Virus record (IMG/VR): IMGVR_UViG_3300020381_000894
Coordinates: 1-27,430 of that record
DNA: 27,430 nt
Strand: one strand, 5' to 3'
Source: a virus
Lineage: Duplodnaviria > Caudoviricetes
Position 1 is the first letter of the stretch. The number at the start of each line of letters is the position of its first letter. A program made the translations under genes and the position numbers. This document shows positions 26,994 through 27,430 of this stretch, one piece after another. The notes beneath the pieces are model-generated. The model had not been told where the DNA came from, made no database searches, and saw only the letters and a program-made list of their open reading frames with translations.

Positions 26994-27430
26994 TAATTAT
27001 CTGCCTTTGGTTTAAGTGCTTGTGATAAACTTTGTCTTTCTGTTACAGTTTCACCAGCAATTTGATTGGTTGCTGTGTTGTTTATAAATCCAGATTTAAA
27101 TGTATTTCTTGTATCAGTATTAGTCATAGTCATTCTCACTGCGTCTTCCATCTTAACCCATCTTGTTCCATCATATCTAAATAATCTATTTGGTAATAAG
27201 TCTGTACGTAAAAAGTAATCGCCTTTGGCTTGTGTAGTAGGAAAACTTATTCCAGTACCAAATGATTCTCCATTTGGTGGTATTCCGTCTCCTATCAAAT
27301 AACCATCATATCCTGATCTATCTGGTGTCTGGTTAATTCTATCTGCTAATTCATTTTGTGTACTTGCATCTAAACTTGTTATATCAGTAGTAACCAGCTC
27401 TGTTTGCCCTCTTTCATCTGTTTGTAACGT
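26993..27430 (-). CDS. C-terminal part of a virion protein, possibly a gp14-like neck protein; 5'-truncated by the window
   Basis: The frame is open from 27430 (TLQTDERGQ...GYDGYLIGDGIPPNG...GDYFLRTD..PNRLFRYDG.RW) and overlaps the gp15-like gene by TAATG. The gp14 call rests on gene order only. Confidence 0.45.
   Translation of the reverse strand, partial: TLQTDERGQTELVTTDITSLDASTQNELADRINQTPDRSGYDGYLIGDGIPPNGESFGTGISFPTTQAKGDYFLRTDLLPNRLFRYDGTRWVKMEDAVRMTMTNTDTRNTFKSGFINNTATNQIAGETVTERQSLSQALKPKADN

Noticed and set aside
1-27430. Stop-codon reassignment or selenocysteine use
   Set aside because: Genes are full length in the standard bacterial code, and TAA, TAG and TGA all end genes at tight junctions.
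1-27430. CRISPR array, tRNA/rRNA, integrase, transposase, intron or intein
   Set aside because: Intergenic gaps are under about 85 bp, and I saw no spaced direct repeats or relevant motifs. The repeats found are protein-level. A covariance-model scan was not possible.

Overview
AT-rich, densely coding segment of what looks like a large T4-like (myovirus) aquatic phage genome. It holds two convergent, translationally coupled gene arrays that meet at about 19.6 kb. Plus strand: two tandem paralogous Gly-rich tail-fibre-type proteins that are very Cys- and Trp-rich, a tail assembly chaperone, then a GT9-like glycosyltransferase, a NodU/CmcH carbamoyltransferase, four 2OG-Fe(II) oxygenases, a flavin-dependent halogenase, an SGNH-like protein and GmhB. 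These are followed by four virion-type proteins, including a gp9/gp10-anchored fibre with a C-terminal blue-copper motif and a 1990-aa repeat protein. Minus strand: probable neck/tail-completion genes (gp14/gp15-like), a Nudix hydrolase, two more halogenases, HldE, HldD and a cupin. T4-type late promoter motifs (NATAAATA) precede the enzyme and structural blocks. The main hypothesis is a late-expressed virion or tail-fibre tailoring system (ADP-heptose synthesis plus heptosylation, carbamoylation, hydroxylation and halogenation) acting on metal-binding fibres. Host-surface or DNA modification remain alternatives. All family calls come from motifs recognised by eye; no searches were run.
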